Translations under genes and position numbers: made by a program | Shown: one piece after another, positions 25,749 to 39,520 of the stretch | How the letters are laid out: every line of letters begins with the position of its first letter | How positions within the stretch are numbered: the first letter of the stretch is position 1 | The notes under the pieces: generated by a model | What the model saw: only the letters and a program-made list of their open reading frames with translations | What the model was told of the DNA's origin: nothing | The model's database searches: none | NCBI GenBank assembly: GCA_951406725.2 | Contig: OX597817.1 | Coordinates: 91,512,001 to 91,576,000, forward strand | From: Octopus vulgaris | Lineage: Eukaryota | Reading direction: 5' to 3' | DNA length: 64,000 bases

Positions 25749-27058
25749 GTGAGAATTTACCAAAAAACAAAAGACAAAGACAGGTGTGTAAACAACAAAC
25801 AGATGTATTAGTTTAGCACTCAGGAAGTGAGAAAGTCTTTTACGTTTCGAGCCTACGCTCTTCGACAGAAAGGAACACAGAAATATACAGGGAGAGAAAA
25901 TAAAAAAGGTTTAGTGGCTAGCAATCTATCATGGTGAATGCCAGACAGAGGGATCACACAGGAGAGCTAGGAAGAAGGGGAGATAATAAAGTAGTGGTGA
26001 TCCCAAAATGAAGGTGCTCGTGAATATGGGAGTGTGTATGTGCATGTGAAAGGGGGATGGTAACCTTGACATGTGCATGTGTGCATGTGTAGGTGTGTGG
26101 ATGATGGTGTGGGTGCTGGGAAGTGGTCAGTGCTAGTGTGTGCGGTGTGGTGTGTGTGTGGTAGTGTGTGGTGTCATGGTGTGTGGTGTGGTGTGGTGAT
26201 GTGGCGTTGTGGTGTATGTGTGGGGGGGCATGGATGGGGTGGGATGGGATGAGATGTATAGGAATGGTGTGGTTGGAAGGTGTAGGGGTGGGGTAACGAG
26301 GGAGGGGGTGACGATGAAGGGAGAAGGTGGGTAGGAGTGAAGAGAGGAAATAGGTATCGGAGCAAGAGAGGAGAGGTGGGTGGAAGGAAGTAGGTGAGAG
26401 AGGAGGAGGGTTAGATGAAGAGGGGAGGAGAGTTGAGCCCATGTGGTTCAAAGGAGCAAAGAGAGCAGATAAATCCCTGTTCACAGCGAAGATGGGAGTC
26501 CGGATGGCCCCTGTGCAAGAACAATCTGAACACAGATAGGTGTTGTAAAGAATGACCGGTAGAGTGGAAATTGCGTGAAACCAGGGTGTTGTTGCCAAGT
26601 CTGATGTCTCAGAGGTGTTCCATGAACTGGTCAGCCAAGCAGCATCCCAATGTATAGAGGACAGCGACTGATGTATAGAGAAGGACAGAGAGAGCAGGAG
26701 ATGCAGTAGATGACATTGTTAGAGGTACAGGTGAAGGAGTCAATGATATGATATAGTCGATTATGGGTGCCTGTGAGGAGGGTTGTGTTGGAAAGGTACG
26801 GGCAAGGGTGGTAGCATGGGCAGGAGCAGGGGAGCAAGCTGGGTTGGGAGGTTGGGTTAGGGAAGAAACTGTGGACCAGGAGGTCTTGTAGGTTGTGGGC
26901 TCATTTGAAGGAAGGAGGGGTCGGTTAGGGAAGATGTGTGAAGAGGAGGGGTCGGACTGCAGTCACCGAAAGACTCAGAGAATGGTGCATTGGAGAGGTA
27001 GGGTGGTGTGGTGGTAGGTGAGGGAAACGGGAGACAGGTGACGGCAGGGTGGGTGGCA
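25749..27058 (-). mobile_element. Second, longer copy of the PLE at 17388-18340
   Basis: Colinear similarity with the first copy. FTCTSNNVIYCISCSLCPSLYI plus an upstream linker; frameshifted. Confidence 0.85.
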
Positions 27059-27332
27059 CATACATACATTTAAGAGTAACCTCATTGATGAAACTGACAG
27101 AGAAAACTAACAACCAAAGGATTATTCAGTCAACATATTAAACAAACCATTGGTTGGTTAGTTGGTAAAATGAAGAAGTGATAATGAGCCAGTGTGTGAA
27201 TTTATCTTAATTTTTATTGGTATAGTGACCCTCACTAGATACAGGAAGTTTTACTTCAAAACATGAATTCACATCAAAAATTTTGCAAAACAAATAAAAA
27301 AAATATACAAAGTAAAGTATATGCATTTACAT

Positions 27333-27730
27333 AGGCACATGGCTGTGTGGCAAGAAGCTTGCTTCCACACTGCATGGTTCCAGGTTCAATTCCTCTACAT
27401 GGCACCATGGACAAGTGTCTTCTACTATAGCTTCAGGCTGACCAAAGCCTTGTGAGTGAATTTGGTAGATGTAAGCTGAAAGAAGCACGTCATGTATATT
27501 TGTGTGTGTGTGTGTGTGTGTTTGTACCCTCACCATCACTTGACGATCGATGTTGGTGTGCTTACATCCCTGTAACTTAGCAGTTCAGCAACAGAGACTG
27601 GTAGAATAAGTACTAGGCTTACAAAGAATAAGCCCTGAGGTTGATTTCTTCAACTAAAAAGATACCCTTAAAGGCAGTGCTCCAGCATGGCTACAGTCAA
27701 ATGACTGAAACAAGTAAAAGAATGAAAGAA
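27333..27730 (+). mobile_element. SINE family A, near full length
   Basis: Matches 21490-21897. Confidence 0.8.
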
Positions 27731-28974
27731 TATATATGAATGTATGTATGTATGTATGTATTTATGTATGTATGGCAGGTAGTGATGGGGTATATATGCT
27801 GCCACATTCACACACATATACATATACATACAAACCATGATAGACCGGTTATCTGGAAAGGATGCAAAAGATGAAATCATTGTACAGACAGTTATAAATA
27901 GGGATAGTATTCAAAAGAATCAGGGCTAGTACTCAAAATAGTTACTGTCCTTCTAGTAGCTTGCTGAGATTAATGTAGCTGATGTTTAGTTCAGACATCT
28001 ATATGTTTGAATGCCTGTGAAGCAAACAGAAAGAAATCCAAAACTCATGGAACAAGAGGGAGAGTAAGAGAAGCCTGCAATGTTGCAGTTGCAAATATAG
28101 GAACCAACTCTAAAGAAATTTGTCCCCAGCCTCTACCCCAGTCCCACCTCCTCATTCAGAAGATGTGGGAATGTAATTACAGCATTATCCCATGTATGTG
28201 TTAGTGTCTGTGTTTCACAGATTATTGTTGACATCGACAGACAAATGGTTTATTGACAGAACATAGCTGAAGGAGATGGTGGTGGGGGTGGACTTCATTC
28301 CACCACTCTCTACAATATGTAATTTAATTTGGAAGATTTACAACTGTTTCCACACATTGATTGATCTGGAATTTTTTTTGTTTCAGTGATGTTTTTATGT
28401 TGTCATTTTATTTATATATTTTTATTTTTTTAAAACTTTTACTTTAGATAATTCACTTCTGAAAAATGTTCCTTTTTCTTTTTTGTTTCTTTCTGCAGTA
28501 GAGAAACATTTTTATTTATTTTTTGCTTGCCTTCTTTTTATTTACTGATTCTGCTAAATATTGGCGGTGCCATGGCATATATCTCCCAACCTTTCTATAC
28601 ATTGTTTTGTAAGGATAACATTATTATAGAGCTAGAAAATATGTGATGTTTCTCCTTTTCTCTCTCCCTCTTTGTGTTTGTTTGTCTCTCTCTCTCTTTC
28701 TTTCTCACTCTCTATTTTTCTGTCTATACATCTGTCTGTCTCTCTCCCTCTTTCTTTATGCTTCCAAAATCTGGTTATAAGAAACTTAACTATATAATTA
28801 TCTGGTAAATATATATTTTAAATATATTAACCCTTCCATAATTGTACCTGCCTCAACTGTAATTTCATATTCCAAGCCTTTCTAGACATTTAGTGTGATT
28901 GTGTCTCTGTGTATGAGTGTGTGCCTGTGTATGACAAATGTGCACACACATATACATATGCAGATATACACACA

Positions 28975-29054
<80 letters not shown>

Positions 29055-29055
29055 C

Positions 29056-29090
<35 letters not shown>

Positions 29091-29107
29091 TAGATAGATA
29101 GATAGAT

Positions 29108-29207
<100 letters not shown>

Positions 29208-30013
29208 CTTAGATTTAGTAAATGTATTGGAAACACTGTCATTGGGTGGGATGCTATGGTGCTACGGTACCGCACCATTAAATGGTTCAATAGAAAAACT
29301 GATCTGCCACATAAATATTTTCATGGAACTGGTAAATGTGTGATTATATTGCATTCTGTAGAAATTCCTTGCCAATGATTTGATACTAAAGTAGTCTAAT
29401 AGAAGTTCTAATGATTAAATGAATTGTTCACACTCTAACTGCGTGATCAACATTTTTATGAGGCATGCTTCAAATACCAGGAAAATTACAGTCTTAGAGT
29501 CTTATTGTTACTTCAAGCCATAAATGGTAACTAATTGATGGAATGATTCTTAAATTGAAAAGATTACTTTCAATGCAGGATAAACAGGCCATGTGTCAAT
29601 ATGTTATTATTGTTGTATTATTGGTGGTGGGCGTCGTGGTGTTATTGTTTTAATTCTAGGTCAACCCTAATATAGCAAACCACTGATCAAAGACATTCCA
29701 GCTGTGACCATCCATCCCTTTTTAAGGGTATATGATATATAATAATACAACATTAAATGTATCTGTCCTTCCATGTAGTTAAAACATTCACATTACAATT
29801 GCAAGGTCCCAGGTTCAATCTTGTTTGATCAATTGTCTTTTGCCATAGCTAAGCTTTGTCAATGAAATTGTGGAGATGGAAACTATGTGGAATCCCATTG
29901 GATTGACTGTACCTGCATTTCAAAATATCAGTTTTATTATGTAGTGTTACCTTAATTCTGTATGAAATTTACGTTAAAGAAGCAGGTGTCTGTAGGAAGA
30001 CTATCAATATGTA

Positions 30014-30088
<75 letters not shown>

Positions 30089-30409
30089 TTATATATATAA
30101 ATATTTATTTATCTATTTATTGATATTTGTGTTTATGTTCTGTAATAATAAAAGGAACTTAACAATTTTACATTACTTTGATGGGTTACTCTACATACAT
30201 TTATAGAGTACAAATTTATTATGCACAATGGGTTAGCTGGCCAAAACTCTATATATATATATATTGGCATTAGAAAGAGCATCCAGCTGTAGAAGCCGTG
30301 CCAAATCAGACGGGAGTCTGGTGAAACCTCTGAGCTTTCCAGTCCTGGTCAAACAATCCAACCCATGCTAGCATGGACAATGGAGGTTAAATGATGATGA
30401 TGAGGATGA

Positions 30410-30447
<38 letters not shown>

Positions 30448-30690
30448 TATATATATAATAGAAATATGTTATAAAAAGAAAATATAAAATACACATGGAA
30501 ATGTAAGGGTAAAATATGAAAAACTAACGAAAATGCACATTGTAAATAAAAAAAAAGGCTTTTTATGAAAGGTAACGACAAATACATACATTTAGATGGA
30601 CTGAGGTAGTAATAAAAGTCATAAAAGTCATTATTATGAGATGATTATAAAGTCAGAAAACAAAGTATGATGATGATGATGATGATGATG

Positions 30691-30730
<40 letters not shown>

Positions 30731-31949
30731 TATTTATATATATGTATGCATATATATTATCATCAACATCATCATCATCATCATCACTTAACATCTGCCT
30801 TCCATGCTGGCATGGGTGGAATGGTTTGACAAGAGCCAGCCAGGCAGAAACCTGTATCAGTCTTTTGTAACTATTTTGGCAGGATTTTTACAGTTGGATG
30901 ACCTTCCTACCACCAACCCACTCAGCAGAGTGGACTTAGTACTTTTTACAGGGCACAAGCACAGGCAAGGTTTTTACAGATGGACGCCCTTCTACATGCC
31001 AACCACGTTGCAGTGTGAACTGAGTGCTTTTAAGTGGCACCTGCATTGACAGGGTCATCAAGTACTTGTAAGACAAAAAAAAAAAACTCTTTTGAGAGGG
31101 CAGGGTCTATTGGAGGAGGTGATCTTGTGCCAGACAATGAAAGGTTATAGTGAGGCAGAGACAAAAACAGGTGTCTTGCTATAGAGCAGGTACAAGGTTA
31201 TCAGGCCTGAGAGAAAGAGAGAGAGAGATCAAGAATGAAGACAGAAACAGGTGCACTGAGGGAAGTGCAGGAGGAAGGCACAGAGAGAGTGGGAGACAGA
31301 AGGACAGGGATGGTGCCAAACTGCCGGACATACTCATAAGGAACAGGGATAAGAATATAAATGGGATGGCTGAGTAAAGGAAGAGAGAGATACCGATTGT
31401 GGCAAGTGCCAGGGCATACTCTTGAGGTTCAAAATCCATAATATAAGTAGCAGGATATTGTGAAGGAAGTGTGATTAAAGAGTGCAGAGGGGGTAGTCAG
31501 TGGTGAAAGCCTGGGTATGTATAGAGCCGGTGGTGGGGACTACTGGATAGCAATGATACAGAGAAACAGGGATGCGTGGACAGGATTGGGGAGTGAGAGC
31601 ATTGACATAGTGTATGAATGAGGAAATATGAGGCAGAGAAGAGATGCAGAGATATAGATTGGTTTGTTGGGATAGGGTTTGTGGAACACACAGGTCAGGA
31701 GCTAGCAGATTGCAGTGATACATTGGAACAGGACGTGGGTGAAACACACAGGTCAGAAGCTAGTGGAGAGTAATGATACAGTGACACAGGGCCAAGAGGA
31801 CAGGATTGGGGAGTGGGAGGTAAGCATAGTGCATGAAGTGGAAATGTGAGGAAGAGAAGAGGTGTAGAGATGTAGTTTGGTTTGTTGTGGAAGAGTGTGA
31901 GGTAAATTTTCTTGTTAAGTGTGGGTGGGACACACAGCTCTTCTAGAAC

Positions 31950-32754
31950 TTAGTTTCACTGACTTGGGCAGGTCTTCTCAAAAACTTCATATCACCAGAC
32001 ATCTCGGTCTATTGTCATTTCCTCCATGAAGCCTAACATCCTGAGATTGGTCCTTACCACTTCATCCCACGTCTTCCTGGGTCTCCCTCTTCTGTAGGTA
32101 CCATCTACTTTCAATGGTTGGCATTTCTTTATGCCGCTGTCTTCATTCATACACATGACATGTCCAAACCAACATAATCTGCTCTCTTGCATGTTACATT
32201 TGATTCCTCTTATGCCCATCTTTTCTCTCAACACATTTGCACTTTCTTGTACATGAACACTGATGTTGCACATCCAGCAGAGCATACTACCTTCATTTCT
32301 CTCAAGTTTATACATGTCTTCTGCATTCAGCATTACCATGGAGTAAAGCCGTTTGCACATAAGTACCATATAGTCTACCTTTCATTCTGAGGTAATATCT
32401 CTCTGAGTTTCCTCCAACCAATTCTTGTTTTAGAAACAATACTTTCAGAACATCCTCCTCCATTGCTAATTTGGTCACCTACATAACAGAAACTATCTAG
32501 AACCTCATGAGAGCCTCCTGAACATTTGAGAGAATGTAAGTCACATGTTCTCTTAGTGCTTATTGTTCCTGCACATCTGCCACATACGAAGACGACTTTA
32601 TCTGTTAATCTACCTAGGATTCCACTGCACCTTTTATGTGTCCATAGTTTATACTGAGTGCAGAGAATGGAATTTCTTCCAACTCCTTTCCTACATATTG
32701 AGCAGGCCCATTTACCTGACTGAAAGAGAGCTTTATCATCTTTCTTACAAACAG

Positions 32755-32757
<3 letters not shown>
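31950..32757 (-). mobile_element. RTE-clade LINE 3' fragment (PHD-like finger plus RT C-terminus)
   Basis: [28 protein letters not shown]...FVCGRC...[10 protein letters not shown], and RLCWFGHV...RRGRPRKTW. Confidence 0.88.
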
Positions 32758-33165
<408 letters not shown>

Positions 33166-33335
33166 AATTAATGGTTTAGCAACAACTTGCTTCACCAACA
33201 TATCGAAAATTTAGAAATAGCAGTCAAAAGCAGCTAATTCTTTCAACTACAAATATAACTCCACAGACAGCAATACTTGTAACTCACATAGGCAAAAAGA
33301 AGAAGAAATAAGGAAATCAAACAGTCTACGATTAA

Positions 33336-33390
33336 TCAAATACGCGTTTTGGGATTAGAATTATAAAATTCATTTCCTTCTTCAGCATGA
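33336..33390 (-). ncRNA. Decayed hammerhead motif (GAAAC to AAAAC) in a TA-flanked PLE-type terminus
   Basis: TCATG-CTGAAGA-AGGA..GAATTTTATAATTC..TCCC-AAAAC-GC-GTA-TTTGA. Helix III is the palindrome ACGCGT. Confidence 0.5.
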
Positions 33391-33663
33391 TATTCCAAGA
33401 ATTATAAATTTGAAAATGCTAAAACTTACCCATTGAAACATAACATAAGGTAATCAGCAATTCCAAACTTATATAGAAGTGTAATTCCATATATAGACGA
33501 GTAATTCCAGATAAGAGATATATATACATATATATATACAAATATATATACATATATATATATATACATATATATATATAAATATATATACACATACATA
33601 TACATATATGCACACACACACATATATATATATATATTTATATACATACATATATACGCATGT

Positions 33664-33708
<45 letters not shown>

Positions 33709-33859
33709 CATATACACATACATACATATATATTTATATTCTTTTATTCTTTTATGTGTTTCAGCTAGGTGGCTGTAGTCATGTGGAGTACCACCATGAT
33801 TTTTTTCACTCTTTATTTTTGTACCCTCACCACAATCCTTCCATGGTTCCTCTCCTCCG

Positions 33860-34760
33860 ACTAATGTGATCTCATCAAAATTGTCGATAGCACGTATGGT
33901 GTATGAGGGAATTTGACACTGCTGCCCTCAACTGAGTCTCATGTCAAGCTATTGGTTCATCTGATATAGTGGATAAAAGAGTGTCCAGTTTCTTTTTGAA
34001 GACTTTCACATCTGTATCATGTAAGTTTCTCAATTGTTTTGGCAGAACATTGAAGAACTATGGTCCTCTGAACCCTAGGCTATTGCAGTACCTGATTCTT
34101 ATATTAGATGCATTATACGGTACCTTCGGAACTATGCAGTGGCATAGCAGTACCTCCAGGTCCTGTAAATGTCAGTTGTGGAGCATTTGTGATCTTATGG
34201 TGCAATGCTTCAAATTTTTCAGCATTAAATTGCATATTGTTTTGCTCTGCCCACTTGTCTATTGCATTTAGGTCATTCTGCAGATTTACGACATCATTAG
34301 GATACTTTATTGCCTGGGATAATTTTGTATCATCGGCATAGCTAGTGACAGGGCCTGTCTGAGTGACTGTGGGCATGTCTAAGAGGGCTCCTATAAACAG
34401 TAATGGCCCTAAGACATTTCCCTGAGGGACACTGCAGGGTTGCATAATCAAAGAAATCAGCTGGGTTTTTTTTATCTGCATGTGAGCCAGTGGAGAGGTG
34501 AAGACACTTTTAAATTGTACACTGAGCACTTCACTTATCCTTTTGGGGTCTGCCGTGAGTGTGCCATTTAATTGAAGCAGGTGTCCTATTTTGTACTGCA
34601 CTGTTGCGGTATCCTTTGCAAATTTATAGAAAGATATGACGTTTGTTTTTATGCTTTCTACAACTCTCTTTACCTTCTCTGCTCTTTCTATTTCATGAGA
34701 GAGTTGAATTTTGTTTTCAATTTCCAGCAGTGTCTGTCTTAATTTAGCCTAATAAATATT
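33860..34760 (-). mobile_element. CR1-type LINE fragment (RT), internally deleted
   Basis: SVPQGNVLGPLLF...SYADDTKL...LQNDLNAIDKWAEQNNMQFNAEKFEALH. Confidence 0.85.
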
Positions 34761-34800
34761 CTTCAGTTCTCTTTTCTATACACATGCACATATACACACG

Positions 34801-34850
<50 letters not shown>

Positions 34851-36205
34851 AAACAACAATATATATTGCAGCGTGGAAGGTGTTTGTAAGCCATTTAAGA
34901 AACACACAAAAGCCGTTCGATTCACTTCAACATTTAAGTTTAATTTGTCAAAATATTTTCGTCGCTAAAATCCGCGACCTGTTCACTGACAAAAATCCGT
35001 GCTGCATCTGAGAAAGTAACAGTTAGTTCGTCATATATATGTACGTATGTATGTGTGTATGTATTCATACACATATGTATGCATGTATGTATGTATGTAT
35101 GCATGTACGTACATACGCCTGTGTATGCATGTATGTATGTATGTATGTATGTATGTATATATGTATGTGTGTGTATATGCACGCACATACACACTATAAA
35201 CATAAAGCTATAAACCTGTAGTGATGGATAGATGTAGAGTAACCACTCATCACAATAATATCAAATTTCAACTCCCCCCCCCCCGCCGAAGCCAGGAAGT
35301 GATTTACGACCCTCACTCCCAAAACTATACCCTAAAACCTATTATCAGATATTTATCTCTATATCACAGAACTTTTGTTTTACTATTGTGCGTATGTATG
35401 TATGTATGTACGTATGTATGTATGTATGTATGTATGTATGTATGTATGTATGTATGTATGTATGTATGTATGTATGTATGTATGTATGTATGTGTGTATG
35501 TACATACGTGCGTATGTATGTATACGCGCACGTATGCATGTGCCCATGTATGTGTGTGCGTACATGTACGTGCGTATGTACGTCTGTATGCCCATACGTA
35601 GGTATGTATGTTTCTACTCATGTGCTACGTATGTATGTGAGTGTCTGTGAGAGTGTGTACATGTGTATGTGTATGTGAACGTATGTCCGTGTACTGGCAT
35701 GTGTCCGTCCAAGTTGTGTACATGACTGTTACTTTGTTGAAGGTTGTATACATATTCATATATATGTTTGTATAGATGCACACACATATATATATATGTG
35801 TGGGTGTGTGTTTGTTCCTCTCATCACCGTCTAACTGTGAATGGATACAACGCCTAAGTGCAACTGTACGTATCAAACAACGTACGCTCATACGGTTATA
35901 TATAACTGCACATACACATTGCAACCTGTATGTAAGGACTACAAGTAAACGAGAGAGGGAGAGAGGGGTGGTTATAGAATAGTCCTTCTGAATGGGATCT
36001 GGATGTTACTCCATTCGGATTTTCGGTTGAGAGTAGGTTTGTATTCTTGTATACAAACAGCTTCTGTGACCTGTCTCAACATGGGATGTGTTGATAGGAT
36101 GTTCAACTTAAGTTTCCCTAAGGATCCTTTGTGGCAGTCTACAGCATGTTGGTAGAAGATGGAGTTTGGCTTCCTTTCAATGTAGTTGTCCAGGTGTTCT
36201 TTGAA
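34851..36205 (-). mobile_element. 5'-truncated PLE: endonuclease C-terminus, microsatellite-rich 3' region and terminal hammerhead
   Basis: FKEHL...SIFYQHAVDCH...MLRQVTEAVCIQEYKPTLNRKSEW (35975-36205). Hammerhead at 34944-34993. TA flanks. Continuity between the two parts is inferred. Confidence 0.7.
34944..34993 (-). ncRNA. Minimal hammerhead motif with G3-C8 swapped core (GUGAACA)
   Basis: TTTGTCA-GTGAACA-G-GTCGC GGATTTTA GCGAC-GAAAA-TA-TTT-TGACAAA. Perfect 7-bp helix I and 5-bp helix II. Confidence 0.7.
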
Positions 36206-36261
36206 CAATATATATATATATATATACAGATATATAGATAGGTAGATAGATAAATAGATAG

Positions 36262-36293
<32 letters not shown>

Positions 36294-36487
36294 ACATATA
36301 TATACCTATATATATGTACATAATCATATCGAAGGGTATTGTGCAGACACAGCTTCTCGTCAGCAATAAAAAAATTATTGCTGATGAGTAGCTGCGTCAG
36401 CACAGTACATTTTGTAAAAATTAGGATGTATAAACAAGAGGTATATAATTGATTGCCTCGTGTTTTATATATTTAATCTAAGGTGTA

Positions 36488-36561
36488 CCTGTTGATGATG
36501 ATTTCACCTAGCGAATATTATTTTATTTGCTAAACTAAAATCAGAAACCAATTGGTCCAGG
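36488..36561 (+). ncRNA. Hammerhead motif, U3 core variant, GUC cleavage triplet
   Basis: CCTG-TTGATGA-TGATTT..TAGCGAATA/TATTTGCTA..AAATCA-GAAAC-CAATTG-GTC-CAGG. Confidence 0.72.
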
Positions 36562-36959
36562 AAACTAGATGGTAAAAGTTTTTATTTTTTCATTTTGTTC
36601 CTTTCGGGATTTTATCCCTAATTTTGTGGTTATGGAACCTAGCTGTTCTTTCTAGCATAATGAATCCCATGAGTAGATTCCTTATGTGTTTAAATGTACA
36701 CTGTATTTTATGAGTAATACATAGTCTTTGGACTAAATTTTTACACACTAGGCCACTGGAAGTGAAAATTTCTATTAATATCCTTTTCTCTTCGATATGA
36801 TTTAAGTATTGTAAGTTTTTGGATAATTTTCGAATTTTAAAAGTTGGCATTTTATTGCTGATGAAGAGCTGCATCTGTGCAGTAGATTTTGAAAAAATTG
36901 GGACATATAAACAAGAGGCATATAATTGACTTGGTTACTATGGTGGAGCAGCAAGAAGG

Positions 36960-37851
36960 AAGCCACTTCCTTGAGCAGCCAACATCTAACAGAGAAAAGA
37001 TTGGGCCCATGAGATGGCTGAGAGGCCACTAGCATTTTGGGCCAGTCATATTATCTGATGAGTTCAGATTTGCTGTATTTCCTGACAGTGGTTAAGTGTG
37101 TGTCTGGAAGCTCTGTGATTAAGAATTTGATGTGAAAATATTGCAGCCAACAATGAAACATGGTAGCTATTCTGGTCTGGAGAACAATTCAGAGAAATTG
37201 TTGATCAGGGCTGCTGCAGTGTGAGAGAAACATAATCTCAGATAACTATGTGTCCATATTGCAGAAAGGACTCCTTCCAATCTTCTCCAGTGGTGAAATG
37301 ATAAAAGAAGACTCTTTATTCATGGAAGATGGAGCTCCTTGTCACATGGCTAAAATGACTCAAGATTTGTTGGATGAGAATAGTATTAACCCTTTCGTTA
37401 CCAACCCAACTGAAACCGGCTCTGGCACTGAGTACAAATGTCTTGTTTTCATAAGTTCTGAATTAAAATCTCCCACCAAACCTTAGTCACAATTTATATT
37501 CCTAACACTAGCTTAATGATAACTAAGCTATTTTACTAAATTCTTTGTTATATTTAAAGTAATTGAAAGAAACAGAGAGCATCTGAAAATAAATACAGTA
37601 ACAAAAGGGTTAAAAAGCTTCCATGGCCAAGCCAGTCACCAGATATGAATCCTATTGAACACCTCTGGGACATAATGGACAGGACATTTCATAAAACGAT
37701 CAAGAAAGCATCTTCAAAGCCAGATCTTTTGAGATTATTGCATAAAACTTGGCAAGAAATTCCACAAGAGAATATTCATCATCTGGTCAGTAACATGCCT
37801 AAAAGGGTCCTGGCATTGAAAAATGCAAAGAGCATGTCTACTAAATATTAA
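36960..37851 (+). mobile_element. Tc1 (DD34E) transposase remnant interrupted by a MITE
   Basis: ILSDE, PTMKHG and FMEDGAPCH..ENSI[MITE]KKLPWPSQSPDMNPIEHLW. Removing the MITE restores D-34-E spacing. Confidence 0.88.
37390..37609. mobile_element. piggyBac-type MITE, 220 bp, TTAA target duplication
   Basis: TTAA|CCCTTTCGTTAC...GTAACAAAAGGG|TTAA. Diverged copies at ~43050-43290 and ~48965-49190 (reverse). Confidence 0.85.
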
Positions 37852-38171
37852 ATATTCACATTATAATAATTAATAAATAATTTGAATGTATAATTTCAGA
37901 TATAAATAAATTTTAATGATTATAAGGATGTCTATTTACTTCTGTCATTTGTGTGTGTGTGCATGCGCGCGCGCGTGTGTGTGTGTGTGTGTTGTGGGCA
38001 TGTGTGTGCGTGTGTGTACACAACAGGCTTCTTTCAGTTTCCCGCTACTAAATCCAATCACAAGATTTTGGTCAGCCAGAAGCTATATTAGGAGATACTT
38101 GCTCAAGTTGCTATGCTGTGAGACTGAACCTGGAACTATGTAGTTGGAAAGCAAGCTTCTTACCATACAGT

Positions 38172-39520
38172 CACATATATTTTCATCAACCCCTAGATAC
38201 CTATAACATTCCTCATCAGATACAGGAGAAACAGTCAAATCATTGATGGGGATGTTACTAGTCTGGTTCATAGTCTTGCCCCTTTTCCAAACCATATTAT
38301 AACATTTATCCTGACCAAACTCCAATCCTACATCCTTTAAGAATGTTGTAACTAGATCAAGGTTCTTTTTCCTCTTGTGCATATTTTTTGCATAAAGTTG
38401 TAAGTCATCCACAAAGAATCAGTGTGTAATTCTGGTATTTCTGTTTCCTTGTGAACCAGTGAGATATCCTTCAGACTTCCTAACATGAATGACAAGGGAT
38501 TTACAGAAAGTATAATCAACATCACAGAGAGGTGTTCTCCTTGGAATAGGCCTTTGCAATATTGTATTCTATCGGTGATAATACAGTCACTCTTTGTGTT
38601 TGATTTCAAGATGGTGGCCCACGATGTATTCAGGTCAGCTATGGCTTTGACTATTCTCACTAGACCTTTAACAAGTTGAAAGGCTTCTAGCATCCATGAG
38701 TGGGAAAGAATCAAAGGCTTTCTTGTAATCTAGCCACATTGAAACTAGGTTCCTCCTATGCTTCCACACCTCTGACATCACTGTTTTGTTGATTAGGAAT
38801 TGTGCAGCACATCTCCAGACTCCCTTCTTCCCAGCTGCTTGTTCTGTTGTGATAATGTTATTGGTTTCACAATGGTCTTGGAGGAAGAGGTTTGAACATA
38901 AAGTTCCCACATGCAATTGGCTGGTAGTTTTTTTACCATGTGGGTGGTTCTGCATTTGGGGATCAATTTTATCTCTGCCAGAGCTAGCCAGTGTGGTATG
39001 CTACTGTTTCCAATGAAAGCTTGCTGGTACAGATTGATAAGATATGGTCAGTAGAATGTTAGCTTCTTCTACCAATATCCAACAATCAAGTCTCTTCCAG
39101 GTGCTTTTCCATCCTGGATCACACTTGCAAGAGTTTCACCATCAATGTTGTATGTCTTGGGTGTAACGCAGGAGCAATAACTTTTACAGATTTCTTCCAG
39201 CCACAGAGCATCTTGGTTAAATTCCTTCTCTTCACTCCAGATTTTCCTCCAGAAGGAGTCTATGTCTTCTCATGAAGGAGCTTCCATGATATTTATTACC
39301 CCTCCCCTCATGTCTCTGTATACTGCTGCCTGGTCGCAGTTAAATTTTTTGTTTATTGTTCTTCTCTTCGTTATTCTCTTCTGATGACTGAGTTTTTCAC
39401 TGACAGCTTTTAGTTCCTGCTTTAGGGTAATCAGTTTCCAAGTGAGTGTCCTCTTTCTGCTGTCTCCAAACATCATTTCTATCTCCAGATGAGAATCAGA
39501 TGTTCTCTGTATAGAACACA
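38172..39520 (-). mobile_element. R4/Dong-like LINE RT fragment, frameshifted
   Basis: EQAAGKKG...NLVSMWLDYKKAFDS, GLFQGEHLS...VNPLSFML, MDDLQLYAK...DVGLEFGQDKC...YRYLGVDE. Confidence 0.85.
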
